Source: a virus (taxonomy: Duplodnaviria; Caudoviricetes). Taken from it: a stretch of DNA of 64,000 bases. Below the pieces are notes generated by a model. The model saw nothing but the letters and a program-made list of their open reading frames with translations, did no database searches and had not been told where the DNA came from. Below are positions 1 through 8,865 of this stretch, one piece after another. Location of the stretch: IMG/VR virus record IMGVR_UViG_3300031993_000007. One strand, given 5' to 3'. Position numbers and translations under genes: made by a program. Positions within the stretch are counted from its first letter, which is position 1, and every line of letters begins with the position of its first letter.

Positions 1-1152
1 ATTCTCGATGATACTTACCGGTATTTATACAACTAACTTGTTTTAATCGTACGTTATATTTATTAGCAATTTCTTGCTGGTTCATATTAGCACAATTTAA
101 AAGGTCGTTAGCTATAAGTCTTGCGGTACCATCGCTTAGATGAGCAAAGCATTTTTCCCTTATAGGATATTCGACACCTTTTAAGGGGGGTAGCAATCAC
201 CGTTATTTATCTTTTTAATAGTAAACGGATGACAGCTAAATTTGCTTGCTATATCTTTATAAGTAAGATTTGTATCTTTCAGTAGCTTAACAATTTCGTT
301 TATTGAATTTTCGTCAAAATTGATTTTCTTATTAAACGATTTTCTTATTGGATATTCTATTTCAGAAGATCTCCAAGTTTCTCCACAATTTATGTCACTG
401 ACAGTTTCTCTGGTGCAACCCGGAAATTTGTTAGCGATTTCTTTTATAGACAAAGAAGAATTTTTAAGTAGCTGCTGTATTTCTTCAGCTTCTTTTTCAG
501 AAAGAATCCTAGATCCTTTTGAACTTTCTTTTTGTCCGCCATATGTGGAATTGTAACCGTTATTGTAAGTATCAAATTTCTTTATATAAAATGCTTCTTT
601 TGCGTCCAGAAGATTTAATGGAATATTATCTTCAAGAATTTCCCATTTGAAATGATCCGAACCTAAGAATCGTAGCATCTTATAGAAGATTGTAAAGTAT
701 GTTGAAGCTACTTTCCAATTAGCAGATTTAAGATGTTCTTTCTTTCTTTGTTCCAAAGAACCTAATGTTTGTCCTATATAGGAACGGTTAAGAACATCAT
801 CCGTGGCTTTATAAATTAGACCTTTTCTTTTCATAATTTGAACTCCTTTGTTTGTTCAAATTACGGTTATGGTCAATTTAATCAAGCCGATTGAATCTTC
901 CTATTATACTCGTTGAACCTTCCGCTTTTGCAAACGGCTTGGCTGCTGATTATCCATTTTCTAGCGTTTAGGACGGAGAGACATCCGCTTTCATTTAACC
1001 TTGCGCCATCTATCTTATTTTTTCTACTTTCGTCGCATTCGCACTTATCTATTAAGATTATGCTGTAGCTAAGATAGCTTTAGGAACTTCCAGCATGTTA
1101 AGGAATTTAGACACATGGTTACCCATGTGAATGGGCATTAAGCTGCTAGTCT
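1..1152 (-). mobile_element. Group I intron in nrdD (3' end lies beyond the left window edge)
   Basis: NrdD frame stops just after the conserved YYGRFNQG. Exon end GGGU can pair with intron GCCC (P1 with U-G at the splice site). P-like ATGCTGGAAG, Q-like AATCAGCAGCC (~942-952) and R-like GGTTCAACGAGTA (~907-919) are present. Encodes a GIY-YIG ORF. Confidence 0.88.
181..834 (-). CDS. Intron-encoded GIY-YIG homing endonuclease with C-terminal HTH repeats; continues in the -1 frame to the window edge
   Basis: N-terminal GLIYKAT..SYIGQT, conserved R/E/N (QRKKEH, KEAFYI, GYN); repeated 'IA.KF...I..IN.G' HTH units; AT-rich. Confidence 0.85.
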   Translation of the reverse strand: MKRKGLIYKATDDVLNRSYIGQTLGSLEQRKKEHLKSANWKVASTYFTIFYKMLRFLGSDHFKWEILEDNIPLNLLDAKEAFYIKKFDTYNNGYNSTYGGQKESSKGSRILSEKEAEEIQQLLKNSSLSIKEIANKFPGCTRETVSDINCGETWRSSEIEYPIRKSFNKKINFDENSINEIVKLLKDTNLTYKDIASKFSCHPFTIKKINNGDCYPP

Positions 1153-2586
1153 ACCCTGGTTGAAACGTCCGTAATACTTAGGAACGTTGTCTTCATCGAC
1201 ATACGGAGTAAGGAAACTGCGGCATCCCATCGGAGGATAACAATGACCTTCACCATTCTTGTCGATCTTATTTTCAAGCATGATCTTTTCGGAAATGTAG
1301 TCCGGAACCATGCGCATAGCAGTACACTTGACTGCAAGTTGAGTTAGGTAGAAGTACTTACCACCACGGATATTATCTTCTTCGAGGTGATACAGAAGTT
1401 TCGGGAATGGGTTAGCATACCACTGACCCTTTTCATTCTTAACGCCCTTGATACGCTGACGGAGGATTTCTTCAATCACAAGAGCAAGATCAGCCTTTAG
1501 CTCCGGAGTCTTGGCTTCATTGAGATACAAAGCTACGGATACAAACGGAGTCTGACCATTGGTGGTCATAAGGGTAAGGATCTGGTACTGGAGAGTCTGA
1601 ACGCCATCGCGAATATTGCGGAGAGTTTCAGCCTTGATAAGCTTTTCAAAGCGTTCAAACGGAATTTCAGAGAATTCAACCTGAATTACGCCCGAGTCAA
1701 ACTTGTGCATTTTAACGACATACTTGAAGTCGTTATCAAGAACAAAGTGCTTATTCAATGGATAGATATTGTCTTCACCGAAATCTTCATACATCTTTTC
1801 GATTTCCGGCTTATTGACAAACTCTGTGGTAGAGAACAGATGTTCGCTGAAGATCTTACGAAGATACTGACGAGTCGGTTCTACAAACTTTGCAAGGTGC
1901 GTTGCGGTGATAGTCTGGCCACCATACTGGGAAGAAGCCACCTGAGCAACAATCTGTGATGCAATGTTGCAAGCGTTGTGGAAGGTGTGAGGCTTTTCAA
2001 TCATGGTCTTACTGATGACTGTACCATTCTGAAGCATATCGTCCAGATTGATAAGACAGCAGTTGTACATGTTCATCGCAAAGTAGTCCATATCATGAAA
2101 ATGGATGACACCTTTTTCATGAGCCTTCACGATATCGTCTGGGATCAAGTAGCGCTTAGAAATGTCCTTGCTGACTTCGCCAGCCATGTAGTCGCGTTGA
2201 GTGCTAAGAATAACGGGGTTTTTGTTGGCATTCTCTGCCATAATTTCAGCGTTAGAACGCTTTAAAAGAGACAGCACACTATCGTCAGTGGTGTTCTTAC
2301 GACGCTGTAAGGCTCTACGATCTCGGAAAGTAATGTATTCTTTTGCAAGACGGTATTTGCCAGATTTCATGATGGCAATTTCTACCATATCTTGAATGTC
2401 CTCTACACCGACTTTTTCCATCTTGAGGCATTCCTCTTCGATAGAAGAAGCAATACTGGTGATTTCCTCATCGGATAATCTTTCTGATTCCGTTACACAA
2501 CGATTGGCCTTTCCAATCGCCACAATGATCTTTTCCCTGTCGAAATCTACAGGCAAGCCATTACGCTTTGTGATTTGTTTTGTCAT
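1153..2586 (-). CDS. nrdD: Anaerobic (class III) ribonucleoside-triphosphate reductase, exon 1
   Basis: ATP-cone start (ITKRNG..FDREKI), IHFHDMDY, NCCLINL, QYGGQT, PMGCRSFL, GRFNQG. Confidence 0.95.
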
Positions 2587-2727
2587 AAGTTAGTCCTATC
2601 TTCTATAGTGCGCCCGTTCGGACACACCGAAAAACTCTGGTGGGTATCGTAGAGTTTTTCGGGACTGAATTAGCAAGATTTCAATGTTTACATTGGTTTG
2701 TCTTGAATTGCAAGGCAAATTTTACGC

Positions 2728-2776
2728 CGAATTTTTCCGAAAATTTTTCGAAATTTTCGCAGAATTTTTCGAAAAA
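2728..2776. repeat. Array of 4-5 imperfect GAA(A)TTTT(T)C units upstream of nrdD
   Basis: cgaatttttc-cgaaaatttttc-gaaattttc-gcagaatttttc-gaaaaat read directly from the sequence. Confidence 0.6.
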
Positions 2777-2806
2777 TGCCTTACCCATTTCGGGTAAGGC
2801 TGTGTT

Positions 2807-4054
2807 CTATTTTATGGAGAATTTCTTTGTTCTTTTGCTGTTTGAAATCTCACGGTCAAAGCGGTCAATTCCTTCTGTTTCACTTCCGAACAAGCTCGTC
2901 CAAAGCTTTGTAAGCATGATGGACGGAGACCAGTTTTCACTAGGTAGTTTGCTCAGATAGTCACGCTGGATCTTCATCGCCTTAAGTTTACCTTGGATCT
3001 CTTTCTTAGTAGCAGGATTCTTCTGCTCCTTCAAAAGATCTTCGTAATACAAGATAAGACTGTCAATTCGGGAGAGGGCCGCACCAGTGTTTGTAGTGCC
3101 ACACTTTCCAGAAGCATAAGTATAGCCGAGCAAAGAAGCACAAGTAAAGTCTGCATAGAGACGCATGAAGTTACCTGCACCTTCCTTACCAATGGCCATC
3201 ATCTTCTTTTCTTTCTGAAGACCAGTAGTTAGATCCGGGCCAAGACCATAGCTAGCCGCAAAAGCGTCTGCGAACTTGTCAACTTCGTCAAAGTTGATAC
3301 CGAAACACTTGTCAATGATGGCATCAAGAAGCTTGAACGGAAGAACGATAAGGCTGATAATGCCCAAGAAAGGCATAGCCAGAGCCGTGATACCAATGTT
3401 TATGGCGCTTGCAACGGTGTGAATAGCACCGATGATACCACTCTTGTGGCCTTGAGTTCCACGGACTTTAAGACTGGGAGCATAGTCTAGAGCCACTGCA
3501 CTGGACACCATAATCTTCTCAAGGATGCTATCGCTCTGACCAAAGGTAGCCACCATGTTGATAGCATTACGGATACCTTCTTCAGCCTTTCGACCAGTTC
3601 CCCAAGCAAAGAAGCTATAGCCAATCTCACGAACGATCAAGGCCGCAGCTTCTCTAGGACTCAAGCGATCGCCATCCAAGAAGTTAGGGGCGTATACAGA
3701 CAAGTTGCAGTTTGCCAGAGGATGCTTGAAGCGATAGGTCTTAGTAGCTTGTTCAAAGTCTTCGTTGTCAAAGTACTTTGTATCCATCTTGCCGATCGTG
3801 AACCGACCAACAGAAGTCGTAGATCCAAACCACCAAGTAGTCTTGTTTACATGAATGGAAAGGTGTTTGAAATTAAACAGCTTTTCCATGTACTCAGCCA
3901 TTTCTTCAAGAGCTTTGGCAGCTGCTCGTTCATCTTTTTTCCAAAGATGCTGAGCCTTAGCAATGAGCTTGATAACCGGGGTGATGGCTTCTTCACCCTG
4001 ATAAGCTTCGTTTGCTACTGTAAATAACGGAGTAGAAAGATCAGTTTCAGTCAT
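2807..4054 (-). CDS. Probable virion protein with degenerate zincin/M48-like motif
   Basis: EAAALIVREIGY where HEIGH is expected, plus the downstream D.FAD.FAA.YG.G.DL..GL motif. Start moved to MTETDL, which overlaps the endolysin stop. Confidence 0.5.
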   Translation of the reverse strand: MTETDLSTPLFTVANEAYQGEEAITPVIKLIAKAQHLWKKDERAAAKALEEMAEYMEKLFNFKHLSIHVNKTTWWFGSTTSVGRFTIGKMDTKYFDNEDFEQATKTYRFKHPLANCNLSVYAPNFLDGDRLSPREAAALIVREIGYSFFAWGTGRKAEEGIRNAINMVATFGQSDSILEKIMVSSAVALDYAPSLKVRGTQGHKSGIIGAIHTVASAINIGITALAMPFLGIISLIVLPFKLLDAIIDKCFGINFDEVDKFADAFAASYGLGPDLTTGLQKEKKMMAIGKEGAGNFMRLYADFTCASLLGYTYASGKCGTTNTGAALSRIDSLILYYEDLLKEQKNPATKKEIQGKLKAMKIQRDYLSKLPSENWSPSIMLTKLWTSLFGSETEGIDRFDREISNSKRTKKFSIK

Positions 4055-4595
4055 TGTATGCCTTAAAGGTTTTGCCATTGTCAAGAGAGATCAAGTAGGG
4101 ATTTCTGCTGATGGTCTTAGCTACCCTCGGAGTGAAGATAGCATCAGCATTATTAGAAACGTGGATCCAAGGATTACCCTTAGCGCTGACTTCGTAGATG
4201 ACCTGACCGAAGTTAGTTTCTCCGGCTTTATTCATAGCTACGATCAGCTTAAAGACTTCCATTGTAGAGAGCTTGCAGTTGGTAATGTTGATATCAACAG
4301 CCCCCAGAGTAGGCTTCGGAGCGGTTATAGCCCAACCACAGAAATGGTCAGAGGTCGAAGACGGATTATATCCATTAGCCTTGAGGCGGTCGTAATCATC
4401 TTTATCACGAACTCCGCTAGAAATGGTAATGGATATATTTTTGGTCTTAACCTTCTTTATATCCATAGAGTTCAGACGGTCACGAACTATCTGAAGGTTC
4501 TCAGCAAGGATCTTTAGCAGAGCCAGCTGATAGTCATTCAAGTTTTTTCCGAATTCATCCGAAGAAAAATTGGGAGAGAGTTTAACAGAAGCCAT
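4047..4595 (-). CDS. Peptidase M15A-family cell-wall hydrolase (putative endolysin)
   Basis: LSPNFS..EF, ISSGVR, SxH (SDHFCG), AVDI and WIHVS Zn-ligand motifs. Confidence 0.8.
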   Translation of the reverse strand: MASVKLSPNFSSDEFGKNLNDYQLALLKILAENLQIVRDRLNSMDIKKVKTKNISITISSGVRDKDDYDRLKANGYNPSSTSDHFCGWAITAPKPTLGAVDINITNCKLSTMEVFKLIVAMNKAGETNFGQVIYEVSAKGNPWIHVSNNADAIFTPRVAKTISRNPYLISLDNGKTFKAYND

Positions 4596-4604
4596 AAAGT
4601 CTCC

Positions 4605-4631
4605 AAAAAATAAATGGGGACAAGCCCCATT
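4605..4631 (-). terminator. Intrinsic terminator ending the Ubl operon
   Basis: aatgggg-acaag-ccccatt hairpin followed by a U-tract on the minus strand. Confidence 0.6.
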
Positions 4632-4634
4632 ATT

Positions 4635-4949
4635 TCAGTCATCTTCGTCGATGCTTTCGTCGAAGACTTCAGAGTTTTGTGGGATTTCTGAAGGCAAGCC
4701 AGGAAGATCCATAGCGTCTTCGTAGTCCCAGTTAAGATTATTTAGTTCACGACAAAGTCGCTTCGGAAGGGAATCGCGCAGATTTGCGCCAATAGTGTAC
4801 AATCCATAGAATGAGAAGAAGGATTCTTTGATAAAATCCTCCGGATCCATTTCAAGTACCTTATGACAAAGTCTGTCCGCATGAGTAACCCTGATGGAGA
4901 GAATAAAATCTCTGTTATCCAAAAAAGTTTTCCAGACTTTTTGCTTCAT
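4635..4949 (-). CDS. Hypothetical protein (last gene of the Ubl operon)
   Basis: 104-aa ORF, TAATG overlap with the upstream gene. Confidence 0.7.
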   Translation of the reverse strand: MKQKVWKTFLDNRDFILSIRVTHADRLCHKVLEMDPEDFIKESFFSFYGLYTIGANLRDSLPKRLCRELNNLNWDYEDAMDLPGLPSEIPQNSEVFDESIDEDD

Positions 4950-5791
4950 TACCCTTCCTCCGCCGCATTATGGAGTTCTTTATACTTAATCAGTTCTTCC
5001 TTCAAGATAGCGAAAAGCAATCCAGCACTCGAACTAACTTGTTTTTCTTCGTCTGTGGTTAATTTCCCGTCATCCTTAAAGATGAAACCTTCAATCAACC
5101 CAATCAGACGATCATCTCGATTTCCATAGTCTTCAAGGCATTCTTTCCAGACAGGCCTTGCCTTCTCTAGATCCGCAAGATTGAACATTGGGAGCATAGA
5201 GAAGAATCCAATATCTGTAAGAACAGCAAAGAGCTTAGCCAACGGACAATGCAATTCAACACCTTGTCTTAGCCAGTAGCCGATAATGCCAATGGCTGCG
5301 GACAAGGTGCTTTTTGCATTCCAAACTTCCGGATTGTTGTCTTCCTCTACTATTTCTTCCTCTCCGACTATACTGTCAGATCTGGAACTTTCTAGAGACA
5401 GACGTTTGCTAGCATTGACGCACAATCCTGAAGGCCCTTCATACAAAGCTCCAATCAGGAATGCGTCTGCGCCATTAGAGAAGCAATCTAACCAGTCGGC
5501 ATACGGATCGCCATCTTCGTCTTGCATTATGCGTACTAAGGAACTCTCAACAAGCTCTGTAATGGTTTGGAGCCAATCCATTCCCACCAAAGGTCTTGGT
5601 GTTTCAGGAACAACTCCTTTAACAAGCATCAGATCTTTACGAATCGGTAGTTGATACTTCTCGTATGGAGTCTCTCCGTCTACAAATGGAACAATGTGGA
5701 TATCTTCCCTTTCGCAGAGCAGCAGAGCTGGGCTTCCAGTGGATATTTCATATCCCATTGAAAACCATGCAATATCATTTTGTTCTTCCAT
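4949..5791 (-). CDS. Hypothetical acidic protein (Ubl operon)
   Basis: ORF 4949-5833; GGAG RBS precedes ATG at 5791 (MEEQND); overlaps the JAB stop. Confidence 0.7.
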   Translation of the reverse strand: MEEQNDIAWFSMGYEISTGSPALLLCEREDIHIVPFVDGETPYEKYQLPIRKDLMLVKGVVPETPRPLVGMDWLQTITELVESSLVRIMQDEDGDPYADWLDCFSNGADAFLIGALYEGPSGLCVNASKRLSLESSRSDSIVGEEEIVEEDNNPEVWNAKSTLSAAIGIIGYWLRQGVELHCPLAKLFAVLTDIGFFSMLPMFNLADLEKARPVWKECLEDYGNRDDRLIGLIEGFIFKDDGKLTTDEEKQVSSSAGLLFAILKEELIKYKELHNAAEEG

Positions 5792-6566
5792 TGGCTCCTC
5801 CGCTGTAAGTGATCCACTTCTGGGTTTCGCCAATTTCGCTCATCTCTTCTGGAGTATATCCATATTTCACAAATTTCTTTTCAAGCTCTTCTGGGGTCAT
5901 GTCAGGTTCAGTGCTAAGAATTTCTGCCTTCAAGGCTTCATATTCTTCAAGAACACGAATCTTTCTAGGTACCAAAGGCCTGAACCCACGATACGGGTGG
6001 GGATCCACCAACCCATGATTGCCGTGAAGATCCACGCCATGATGACGGTGAAGATCCAAAGGATAATCTTTTTCAAAGTCAGGATTGTCTACGAGACTGA
6101 TTGTTCCATCAGTAACGACTACGTTGCATTCCAGAGTCGTATATTCACCGACTGCTTCCATGCGGTTCATGATGCACATAGGCACACGGAAGCCCTTCAG
6201 ATAGATGAAAGAGATCTGAAAGAATCGGTTAATGTAATCAAAGTCTGTCTGTGAGAACTGTCCGAACGATCCGGGATGACGATGAACCACAGTATTAAAG
6301 CATCGTTCTCCCCACTTATTTTCATACATATCATCCGGCACTTCTAGCATACGAATACTTCCGGGGCTAACACGCTGCGGCGGAATTTCAAAGACATCAG
6401 GGTCGATAGCAGCTTCCCAACGGATCGGATCGATGTCGGCAGACAAGTACATACCATATTCATCGCCTTTTGCTACTTCTCCCATAAGCTCTAGACGAGC
6501 CAAGACCTTAGCAGGGATTCTTACTGTCCCTCTGCTGCGAAAGTTGGCGTTAACGCTTATTTCCAT
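5775..6566 (-). CDS. JAB/JAMM (MPN+) metallopeptidase, putative Ubl-processing/deconjugating enzyme
   Basis: Exact JAMM signature: E (GDEYGMYL) ... H-R-H-x7-S-x2-D (HRHPGSFGQFSQTD). Confidence 0.88.
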   Translation of the reverse strand: MEISVNANFRSRGTVRIPAKVLARLELMGEVAKGDEYGMYLSADIDPIRWEAAIDPDVFEIPPQRVSPGSIRMLEVPDDMYENKWGERCFNTVVHRHPGSFGQFSQTDFDYINRFFQISFIYLKGFRVPMCIMNRMEAVGEYTTLECNVVVTDGTISLVDNPDFEKDYPLDLHRHHGVDLHGNHGLVDPHPYRGFRPLVPRKIRVLEEYEALKAEILSTEPDMTPEELEKKFVKYGYTPEEMSEIGETQKWITYSGGANGRTK

Positions 6567-6583
6567 ATTTTCTCTACCTCTAT

Positions 6584-6612
6584 AAAAAAGACGGCTACCT
6601 TACGGTAGCCGC
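6584..6612 (-). terminator. Intrinsic terminator between the Ubl and JAB genes
   Basis: cggctacc-ttac-ggtagccg 8-bp stem followed by U6 on the minus strand. Confidence 0.75.
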
Positions 6613-6626
6613 TGATGATGATTTGG

Positions 6627-7139
6627 TCAGTTCTTTGCACCACTGATGTTCGGGCGAACCACGATGGTATCACCGTCCTTCACAGAAGCCGGATTGATCG
6701 AGGAGCCATCGGGGCCTTCAATCACCGTCTTGTCGAAGCTTTGTTCAGCAGCAAATTCCTTGATGATGTCACTCAACTGGGCAGCTGACGTAAATACAAC
6801 TTCCTTAGAGTTGACAACCTCGCCACGCTTGTTGCGAAATTGCACAGTGGCTTTCTTGCCAGCGGCGGCGGCTTTCTTTTCTTCAGCGGCTTCAGCAGAG
6901 ATCCTGGTCGTAGAAGCGACCTTAACTTCCTTCTTAGCTGCCGGAGCTTCAGCTCCTTCGAGAGCCACACCACGAGCAGAGAGCTTGTCTTCACGGGTAC
7001 AAGTCAAATACTTCTTGAGAGTGCGGCTCTTTGTTTTAGCCGTACGGATGTCGCTGATTCCACAGCGCTTCATAACTTCGCTCAAAGTGGAGCTTTTCTT
7101 GTTCCACTCGTCCACGAACTTTTGGTTTTCGGGCGTCAT
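6627..7139 (-). CDS. Ubiquitin-like (beta-grasp, ThiS/MoaD-type) protein with N-terminal extension
   Basis: C-terminus VKDGDTIVVRPNISGAKN matches the MoaD/ThiS pattern LKDGD.V...P.VSGG; lies between the E1/E2 and JAB genes. Confidence 0.75.
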   Translation of the reverse strand: MTPENQKFVDEWNKKSSTLSEVMKRCGISDIRTAKTKSRTLKKYLTCTREDKLSARGVALEGAEAPAAKKEVKVASTTRISAEAAEEKKAAAAGKKATVQFRNKRGEVVNSKEVVFTSAAQLSDIIKEFAAEQSFDKTVIEGPDGSSINPASVKDGDTIVVRPNISGAKN

Positions 7140-7153
7140 GATGATCTACCTCT

Positions 7154-8146
7154 TTATTTAAAGAAACCTTGACAGACCTTCTCAAGGTAGGAAAGGGATT
7201 CCGTATTTTCGTAAATCCCCATTTGAACAAGCAGACTGGTCTCTATCTGCCACATGCCGGATTCAACTTCCGACTTCATGAGTATCTGATCGTCTGGCTT
7301 CATTTGATTATTCTTCTGGTCTGGCATCAGAATAGTCGTGAATTTTCCACCTTCATTATCAGAATAACCCAATTGGTAATATAAAACCGAAACACTCGGG
7401 AACGGGACATCGTTCTTTTTCATGACATCAAATGCTATTTGACGGAATTTATCAAGGACTTGATTAATTCCGAAGTAGACTTGAGCCATTGAAAAGAATC
7501 TGTTTCCTTCCAGTTTTTGGCATAGCATGTACCTAGCTACATCCACGTTAGGCATCCCCTGCAACTTTCTGTAGGTTTCAGGAGCGTACGACGTCCATAT
7601 AGCTTTGGTAATTCTTTCCATAGAACTGTTCCATTCATGGTTCTTCTCAAGATTTTCCTCAAGAATCTGTCGATAAGCCCATACTGCGTAGGGCCAGAAG
7701 GTACAGAACAGATGGTTACAGTTTCTAGCTTTCCTGTGTACTTCGGGATGGCGCAACAAGAGCTGGAAGAATTCGTATCCAACATCAGCGATGAATTCCG
7801 GCACCAGACAGTTACGTCGCCACTCTGTAACGAAATCATTGTCGGATTTACACCATCCTGCATTCATGATACTGGTTCCGCCAAAGTTCCAAGTCAAATG
7901 CGAACCCATTCCGATGATCCAATTGAATTTTTCATTTATCAGAGAGTCTACAACCTCTTCTTCATTTCCGGGGCTGAGATACTCTTGAATTTCTTCCATG
8001 CGCTCTTCGTTTATTCGAGAGATAACGGGTCTGGCTCCATAGAGAACCTTCTTCATCTCTCGAATGCTTTCAAAAGTAACCATAAAGTTTCTTTCAATTT
8101 CTCGGCTAGGAACATTTTGAGCTGGATAGTAGGGCAAATTTACCAT
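7154..8146 (-). CDS. Hypothetical protein between E1 and Ubl
   Basis: 330-aa ORF overlapping the E1 stop; no family recognised. Confidence 0.75.
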   Translation of the reverse strand: MVNLPYYPAQNVPSREIERNFMVTFESIREMKKVLYGARPVISRINEERMEEIQEYLSPGNEEEVVDSLINEKFNWIIGMGSHLTWNFGGTSIMNAGWCKSDNDFVTEWRRNCLVPEFIADVGYEFFQLLLRHPEVHRKARNCNHLFCTFWPYAVWAYRQILEENLEKNHEWNSSMERITKAIWTSYAPETYRKLQGMPNVDVARYMLCQKLEGNRFFSMAQVYFGINQVLDKFRQIAFDVMKKNDVPFPSVSVLYYQLGYSDNEGGKFTTILMPDQKNNQMKPDDQILMKSEVESGMWQIETSLLVQMGIYENTESLSYLEKVCQGFFK

Positions 8147-8865
8147 GTTGCTTCTCCATCTTTAAAGATGTCGTTCAAGCTGAAAAAGTACTTGATGTTC
8201 TTCTCCATAGCTCGTCCGATCGTTGCGAACCATGCGTATGGAATGGCGTAAATCAGCCTGTAAGCATACCACACAAGCATCGTAGGCGGAGCCATAAAAC
8301 TCGGTGTTACGCTATAGGTTCTTTCGGCCACAGTTCCAGTTAGCATCACGTCTTCCTTGCCATAGTCCGGATTGAATTCGATACAGCAAGCATCGCCACC
8401 ATCGTAGGTAAGCTTGATATCAATTTCGGGGAATATAGCTTTAGGATCTGAAGTGTCTCGGGCATCCACAACTACGATACCATTTCTGTAAGCAAAAGTT
8501 GCCCACAGCTCTTGGTTATCACGGAGTTCGGGATATCCAAAGGCTTCAGCCATACACTCTAGGAAGTCTTCCGTAGTATAGACACGCTTCTTGATACCTG
8601 CTAAGATTTCCTTAGAAATGGTAGCCTTATCACGGCCTACGTAACACAACGGCAAGGGAATTCTGTTGAAGTTCGACAGTTCCATCTTGTCGTCATCAAT
8701 AGCTACCAATACTCTGAAATCGTTCATTTTTGCAAAGCCGTAAAGGAAGTTTCCTCCAATACCGCCAGCACCAATAACAATAAGATTTCTGCCGAATGTC
8801 GGAGGGCCTTTAAATTCCTCTCTTAATTCCTCTTTCTTTACATCTTCCGAGCTCATTATAACCAT
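8140..8865 (-). CDS. E1-like ThiF/MoeB adenylyltransferase
   Basis: VIGAGGIG Rossmann loop, IDDDKMELSNFNR (D.D.VE.SNL.R), VVVDARD. The ATG at 8856 (TAATG-coupled to E2) may be the true start. Confidence 0.92.
   Translation of the reverse strand: MVIMSSEDVKKEELREEFKGPPTFGRNLIVIGAGGIGGNFLYGFAKMNDFRVLVAIDDDKMELSNFNRIPLPLCYVGRDKATISKEILAGIKKRVYTTEDFLECMAEAFGYPELRDNQELWATFAYRNGIVVVDARDTSDPKAIFPEIDIKLTYDGGDACCIEFNPDYGKEDVMLTGTVAERTYSVTPSFMAPPTMLVWYAYRLIYAIPYAWFATIGRAMEKNIKYFFSLNDIFKDGEATW

Noticed and set aside
2640-2960. 106-aa plus-strand ORF with NFS repeats
   Set aside because: Artefact of translating the GAAWTTTTC repeat array; overlaps a real gene on the other strand.
6627-8865. ThiS/ThiF thiamine or MoaD/MoeB molybdopterin sulfur-relay interpretation
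   Set aside because: No thiG, moaE, cysteine desulfurase or rhodanese nearby; the adjacent E2 and the N-terminally extended Ubl fit protein conjugation better.
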